DNA of 32,000 bases from Vibrio cholerae ATCC 14035 (GTDB taxonomy: Bacteria > Pseudomonadota > Gammaproteobacteria > Enterobacterales > Vibrionaceae): contig NZ_JHXR01000003.1 in NCBI RefSeq assembly GCF_000621645.1, forward strand, positions 150,001 through 182,000, in the 5' to 3' direction. Below the pieces are notes generated by a model. That model had not been told where the DNA came from and searched no databases. It saw nothing but the letters and a program-made list of their open reading frames with translations. A program made the position numbers and the translations under genes. Below, piece after piece: positions 27,360 through 32,000 of this stretch. Every line of letters begins with the position of its first letter. Position 1 is the stretch's first letter.

Positions 27360-28733
27360 GTGAAAGCTAAGCGCGCCTATGTATGTAATGAATGTGGAGC
27401 GGATTTTCCGCGTTGGCAAGGACAGTGTAATGCCTGTGGTTCGTGGAATTCGATTTCAGAAGTTCGTTTAGCGGCTTCACCGCAAGTGGCGCGCAATGAA
27501 AGGTTGGTCGGTTATGCGGGAGCTCTTGAAGCGAAAGTACAAACTTTGGCTGATATTGATTTACAAGAAGTGCCTCGATTCACCAGTGGCTTTAAAGAAC
27601 TAGATCGCGTACTTGGCGGCGGAATTGTGCCGGGTGCGGCGATTTTGATTGGTGGTAATCCGGGCGCGGGTAAATCGACCTTACTACTGCAAACCATGTG
27701 TTTACTTTCCGGACAGATGCCGACGTTGTACGTGACGGGCGAAGAATCGTTGCAGCAGGTCGCGATGCGTGCTTCACGGCTTGGTTTGCCGAAACAGCAT
27801 CTAAAAATGCTCTCAGAAACCAATGTGGATCGGATTTGCCAGATTGCTGAGCAAGAAAAGCCGCGCATTATGGTCATCGATTCGATTCAAGTGATGCATG
27901 TGGCGGATGTGCAATCGTCACCGGGGAGTGTCGCGCAAGTGCGTGAGTCGGCCACGGCGCTTACGCGTTATGCTAAACAAAATAATGTGGCGGTATTTAT
28001 TGTGGGCCACGTAACCAAAGATGGTACGTTGGCGGGACCTAAAGTTCTTGAACACATCATCGATTGCTCGATTCTGCTTGATGGCGATACCGACAGCCGT
28101 TTTCGTACACTCCGTAGTCATAAAAACCGTTTTGGTGCGGTCAATGAACTCGGTGTGTTTGCGATGACTGGACAAGGGATGCGTGAGGTGAGTAATCCAT
28201 CGGCGATTTTCCTTTCTCGTGGAGAAGAAGCCACATCTGGTAGCTCAGTGATGGTGGTGTGGGAAGGAACTCGCCCACTCTTAGTTGAGATTCAAGCGTT
28301 GGTCGATTACTCACAACTCGCTAACCCACGACGCGTTGCGGTTGGCTTAGAACAAAACCGTCTCTCTTTATTACTGGCCGTGCTGCATAAACACGGTGGT
28401 TTGCAAATGGCCGATCAGGATGTGTTTGTGAACGTAGTCGGTGGCGTGAAAGTGACGGAGACCAGTGCAGATTTAGCGCTACTCATGGCGTTATTGTCGA
28501 GTTTTCGTGATCGTCCGCTGCCAAAAGATGTCGTGGTTTTTGGTGAAGTCGGATTGGCTGGAGAAATTCGTCCCGTACCGAGTGGTCAAGAGCGCCTTAA
28601 CGAAGCCTTCAAACATGGTTTTAAGAAAGCGATTGTGCCGATTGCCAATATGCCGAAAGGTGGTATTGAAGGTATGCAGATCCACGGTGTGAAAAAGCTT
28701 TCTGATGCGATCGCGGCTTTTGATGAGCTGTAA
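27360..28733 (+). CDS. radA: DNA repair protein RadA/Sms
   Basis: The product has a zinc ribbon (CNECGADFPRWQGQCNACGSW), a Walker A motif (GNPGAGKST), KNRFG and a Lon-like C-terminus, and is collinear with E. coli RadA. I chose GTG 27360 (6 nt after GAGGA) over TTG 27354, which abuts the Shine-Dalgarno. Confidence 0.95.
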   Translation: MKAKRAYVCNECGADFPRWQGQCNACGSWNSISEVRLAASPQVARNERLVGYAGALEAKVQTLADIDLQEVPRFTSGFKELDRVLGGGIVPGAAILIGGNPGAGKSTLLLQTMCLLSGQMPTLYVTGEESLQQVAMRASRLGLPKQHLKMLSETNVDRICQIAEQEKPRIMVIDSIQVMHVADVQSSPGSVAQVRESATALTRYAKQNNVAVFIVGHVTKDGTLAGPKVLEHIIDCSILLDGDTDSRFRTLRSHKNRFGAVNELGVFAMTGQGMREVSNPSAIFLSRGEEATSGSSVMVVWEGTRPLLVEIQALVDYSQLANPRRVAVGLEQNRLSLLLAVLHKHGGLQMADQDVFVNVVGGVKVTETSADLALLMALLSSFRDRPLPKDVVVFGEVGLAGEIRPVPSGQERLNEAFKHGFKKAIVPIANMPKGGIEGMQIHGVKKLSDAIAAFDEL

Positions 28734-28847
28734 TGGGTAGTTGGTTTTGAACACGAATGACGCCAAAAAGTGCAGCGTAAAAATATCATGGTTGCGCCTC
28801 GCGAGCCGTTTGAGGATCACCTATAGTTTCTCAGCGATAGGCACTCG

Positions 28848-28912
28848 TTCATCCCCTTGGCTACTTGAAACTGCTGCCGTGTCGGCTGCAACGCTAAGTC
28901 GCTAGGGCATAT
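28848..28912. repeat. Short ERIC-like element (both ends resemble the ERIC at 24748-24879, centre missing)
   Basis: ATCCCCTTGGCTACTTGAAACTGC here corresponds to ATCCCCTTCCTACTTGAAGCTGC in the full copy. GCAACGCTAAGTCGCTAGGGCATA here corresponds to GCAACTCCAAGTGGTTTGGGTATA there. The element is followed by a T8 run. Confidence 0.45.
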
Positions 28913-28957
28913 TTTTTTTCAGCAAGCGCATGCAGGGGTATCAGTCTTGACAGATTG

Positions 28958-28966
28958 TGATATACT
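28958..28966 (+). promoter_or_regulatory. Candidate extended -10 promoter (TGATATACT) for the EF-G paralog
   Basis: TG-n-TATACT lies at 28958-28966, about 35 nt upstream of the ATG. The nearby TTGACA at 28947-28952 is too close (8-bp spacer) to serve as its -35. Confidence 0.35.
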
Positions 28967-29003
28967 CTGCGCGCACTTTATACCTTATTAACAGAGTAAG
29001 ACA

Positions 29004-31091
29004 ATGGCAGATTTATCATTATACAGAAACATTGGTATCTTCGCGCACGTTGACGCGGGTAAGACCACTACCACTGAGCGTATCCTGAAGCTGACTGGTA
29101 AAATCCACCGTCTGGGCGAAGTACATGACGGCGCTTCAACGATGGACTTCATGGAACAAGAAGCTGAGCGTGGTATCACTATCCAGTCTGCTGCGACTAC
29201 CTGTTTCTGGAAAGGTCACCGTTTTAACGTAATCGACACCCCGGGACACGTTGACTTCACCGTTGAAGTATACCGTTCTCTGAAAGTTCTTGACGGTGGT
29301 ATCGGTGTATTCTGTGGTTCTGGCGGTGTTGAACCTCAGTCAGAAACTAACTGGCGTTACGCGAACGAATCAGAAGTATCTCGTCTGATCTTCGTTAACA
29401 AACTAGACCGTATGGGTGCTGACTTCTTCCGCGTAGTTGAGCAAGTGAAGAAAGTTCTTGGCGCAAACCCACTGGTTATGACTCTACCTATTGGCCGCGA
29501 AGATGAATTCGTTGGTGTGGTTGATGTACTAACTCGTCAAGCGTACGTATGGGATGACTCAGGTCTTCCAGAAAACTTCGAAGTGAAAGAAGTTCCAGCA
29601 GACATGGTTGATCAGGTAGAAGAATACCGCGAAATGATGATCGAAACTGCTGTTGAGCAAGATGACGAGCTGATGATGGCTTACATGGAAGGCGAAGAGC
29701 CAACTGTTGAGCAAATCAAAGCATGTATCCGTAAAGGTACACGTGATCTCGCGTTCTTCCCAACTTTCTGTGGTTCTGCGTTTAAAAACAAAGGTATGCA
29801 GCTAGTTCTGGATGCAGTTGTTGACTACCTGCCTTCTCCAACAGAAGTTGAGCCACAACCACTGACTGATCCAGCAACGGGTGAGCCTACTGGTGAAGTA
29901 GCAACAGTATCTGTTGATGCACCACTAAAAGCGCTAGCGTTCAAGATCATGGATGACCGTTTTGGTGCCCTGACCTTCGTTCGTCTCTACTCAGGTAAGA
30001 TTAAGAAGGGTGATACCATTCTTAACAGCGCAACAGGTAAAACTGAGCGTATCGGCCGTATGGTTGAGATGCACGCAAACGACCGTAACGAAGTGGAATC
30101 TGCACAAGCAGGTGACATCATCGCGATCGTTGGTATGAAGAACGTTCAAACAGGTCACACTCTATGTGATCCTAAGCACGAATGTACTCTTGAGCCAATG
30201 ATTTTCCCAACACCAGTTATCTCTATCGCTGTTAAGCCTAAAGATAAGAACGGTTCTGAGAAAATGGGTATCGCGATTGGTAAGATGGTTGCAGAAGATC
30301 CATCATTCCAAGTGGAGACTGACGAAGATTCTGGCGAAACCATCCTGAAAGGTATGGGTGAGCTGCATCTAGACATCAAAGTAGACATCCTTAAGCGTAC
30401 TTACGGCGTTGAGCTGGAAGTGGGTGCTCCTCAAGTTGCTTACCGTGAAACTATCACTAAAGCAGTTGAAGATAGCTACACGCATAAGAAACAGTCTGGT
30501 GGTTCAGGTCAGTTCGGTAAGATCGACTACCGTATCCGTCCAGGAGAGCAAAACTCTGGCTTCACCTTCAAGTCAACCGTTGTTGGTGGTAACGTTCCTA
30601 AGGAATTCTGGCCAGCAGTTGAGAAAGGCTTCAAGTCTATGATGGATACCGGTACTCTTGCTGGCTTCCCTGTACTTGACGTTGAAGTTGAACTGTTCGA
30701 CGGTGGCTTCCACGCAGTTGACTCATCTGCAATCGCATTTGAAATCGCAGCGAAAGGCGCATTCCGTCAGTCAATTCCAAAAGCGGCTCCTCAGCTTCTT
30801 GAGCCAATCATGAAAGTGGATGTGTTCACTCCGGAAGATCACGTGGGTGACGTTATCGGTGACTTGAACCGTCGTCGTGGCATGATCAAAGACCAAGAAA
30901 TGGGTCTTACAGGCGTACGCGTTAAAGCAGACGTACCACTATCTGAGATGTTCGGCTACATCGGTTCTCTACGTACAATGACTTCTGGTCGTGGTCAGTT
31001 CTCTATGGAGTTCTCTCACTACGCACCATGTCCAAACAACGTAGCTGAGCAAGTTATTGCTGAAGTTAAAGAGCGTAATGCGAAGAAGTAA
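29004..31091 (+). CDS. fusA: Elongation factor G paralog (EF-G 2), located outside the str operon
   Basis: The 695-aa product has the GTPase motifs [17 protein letters not shown] and NKLD and full EF-G domain collinearity. It is monocistronic with its own terminator. Codon usage is strongly optimised. Confidence 0.96.
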   Translation: MADLSLYRNIGIFAHVDAGKTTTTERILKLTGKIHRLGEVHDGASTMDFMEQEAERGITIQSAATTCFWKGHRFNVIDTPGHVDFTVEVYRSLKVLDGGIGVFCGSGGVEPQSETNWRYANESEVSRLIFVNKLDRMGADFFRVVEQVKKVLGANPLVMTLPIGREDEFVGVVDVLTRQAYVWDDSGLPENFEVKEVPADMVDQVEEYREMMIETAVEQDDELMMAYMEGEEPTVEQIKACIRKGTRDLAFFPTFCGSAFKNKGMQLVLDAVVDYLPSPTEVEPQPLTDPATGEPTGEVATVSVDAPLKALAFKIMDDRFGALTFVRLYSGKIKKGDTILNSATGKTERIGRMVEMHANDRNEVESAQAGDIIAIVGMKNVQTGHTLCDPKHECTLEPMIFPTPVISIAVKPKDKNGSEKMGIAIGKMVAEDPSFQVETDEDSGETILKGMGELHLDIKVDILKRTYGVELEVGAPQVAYRETITKAVEDSYTHKKQSGGSGQFGKIDYRIRPGEQNSGFTFKSTVVGGNVPKEFWPAVEKGFKSMMDTGTLAGFPVLDVEVELFDGGFHAVDSSAIAFEIAAKGAFRQSIPKAAPQLLEPIMKVDVFTPEDHVGDVIGDLNRRRGMIKDQEMGLTGVRVKADVPLSEMFGYIGSLRTMTSGRGQFSMEFSHYAPCPNNVAEQVIAEVKERNAKK

Positions 31092-31109
31092 TTCTTTGTT
31101 TTAAAGCTT

Positions 31110-31145
31110 AAAAAGCCCCGTAAGTGAAAGCTTACGGGGCTTTTG
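31110..31145. terminator. Bidirectional terminator between the EF-G paralog and the convergent ligase gene
   Basis: An A5 run is followed by GCCCCGTAAG tgaaag CTTACGGGGC and a T4 run. Confidence 0.8.
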
Positions 31146-31204
31146 TCTTCCTGCCAGCGAGGACGGCTCGACAAGCAAGGCCGTCCGCTTAGCGTGCTAA
31201 GTCC

Positions 31205-32000
31205 TTACTCTTCCCAAACGACGAGCTGACCTTTAGGCCAGTTTTGGCCGACATCGTGATATTTCTTCTCTAGAACATGACGTTTGATCTTGAGCGTTGG
31301 CGTTAAGATGCCGTTATCAATGCTCCAAGGATCTTTAATCATTAACACCCCTTTAATTTGTTCGTGAGATTCCAATTCACTATTGATGCGTGCTATCACT
31401 TTTTGGGTGGTGCGTTCATAACGCGCACGATCAAAGTGAGGAAAATTGTGCGGAACGGCTAACAAGATGGGGGCTGGGAGACCAGAGCCGATCAAGCACA
31501 TCATCTCAACTCGGCTGTATTCAAACAGCTTTTTCTCGATAGGAACGGGGGCGACGAACTTGCCTTTAGCGGTTTTAAAGGTGTCTTTTTTACGACCTTG
31601 AATGGTTAAATAGCCTTCACTGTCCAATGACCCGATATCGCCAGTATGTAACCAACCGTCATCGTTAAAGCTTTCGGCTGTCGCGGTGTCATTTTTATAG
31701 TAGCCAGCAAACAAGCCTTTGCTGCGGACTAAGATTTCTTCATCCTCCGCGATTTTCAGTTCAATGCCCGGTCCAGCATTACCCACAGTGCCGATTTTGT
31801 CAGCACGGAATGGATAGTTGAGTGTGCTGTATGCAAAGGATTCCGTCATGCCCCACGCTTCGGTAATGTTTAGTCCGACACTGCGATACCATTCGAGTAA
31901 TGCTGGGGAGACTGGTGCGGAGCCACAACCGAGCACGCGAGCTTGATCTAGCCCTAAACCATCGGCCAACTTACGTTTGATGAGTGAGTTGACGAAGGGG
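31205..32000 (-). CDS. AMP-dependent synthetase/ligase (long-chain fatty acid-CoA ligase-like), C-terminal part; the 5' end lies outside the window
   Basis: The reading frame stays open to nt 32000 (…PFVNSLIKRKLADGLGL…). The product shows adenylate-forming enzyme motifs (WLHTGDIG, GRKKD, TPTLKIKR). Confidence 0.85.
   Translation of the reverse strand, partial: PFVNSLIKRKLADGLGLDQARVLGCGSAPVSPALLEWYRSVGLNITEAWGMTESFAYSTLNYPFRADKIGTVGNAGPGIELKIAEDEEILVRSKGLFAGYYKNDTATAESFNDDGWLHTGDIGSLDSEGYLTIQGRKKDTFKTAKGKFVAPVPIEKKLFEYSRVEMMCLIGSGLPAPILLAVPHNFPHFDRARYERTTQKVIARINSELESHEQIKGVLMIKDPWSIDNGILTPTLKIKRHVLEKKYHDVGQNWPKGQLVVWEE

Noticed and set aside
28947-28952. A consensus TTGACA considered as the -35 element of the EF-G paralog promoter.
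   Set aside because: Its spacer to the TATACT -10 is only 8 bp. The promoter call therefore rests on the extended -10 (TGnTATACT) instead.
1-32000. A search for a defence island, prophage, integron cassette, CRISPR array, toxin-antitoxin pair or other accessory system.
   Set aside because: I saw no integrase, transposase or recombinase, no direct-repeat/spacer array, no nuclease, helicase or methylase cluster, and no compositional break. Nearly every gene is a recognisable core housekeeping gene in conserved synteny.

Overview
This is a housekeeping-dense core-chromosome window from a Vibrio-type gammaproteobacterium. Protein sequences, ERIC repeats and gene order match what I remember of Vibrio cholerae chromosome 1, roughly VC2369 down to VC2341; those locus tags are from memory and unverified. 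Gene order, left to right: arcB (3' part) and arcA (convergent); a DUF3293-like gene; an RraA paralog; a small outer-membrane beta-barrel gene; thrL leader and attenuator with thrABC; grcA; nfo; ung; a hemerythrin-like gene; a small KRxWREIEA protein; an alanine/glycine:cation symporter; yaaA; a 47-aa small ORF overlapping a TatD-family (yjjV-like) gene; nupC; deoCABD; smp/ytjB; serB; an ERIC repeat; a 779-aa tandem-PilZ protein (PlzC-like); radA; a short ERIC-like repeat; a stand-alone EF-G paralog; and the 3' part of an acyl-CoA ligase gene. I saw no CRISPR array, rRNA or tRNA gene, integrase or transposase, prophage, toxin-antitoxin pair or recognisable defence island, so I cannot honestly claim a novel multi-gene system here. 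The items most worth a second look are: (1) the large two-PilZ c-di-GMP receptor inserted in the otherwise conserved serB-radA junction, most of whose length has no assignable function; (2) sub-60-aa ORFs missing from the ORF track (thrL, a 47-aa Trp-rich ORF, a weak 40-aa ORF); (3) FNR-type boxes, including a two-site grcA promoter with 53-bp spacing; (4) two long unexplained non-coding gaps (638 bp upstream of the symporter, 524 bp upstream of deoC) with repeated motifs; (5) ERIC elements; (6) a highly codon-optimised second EF-G.
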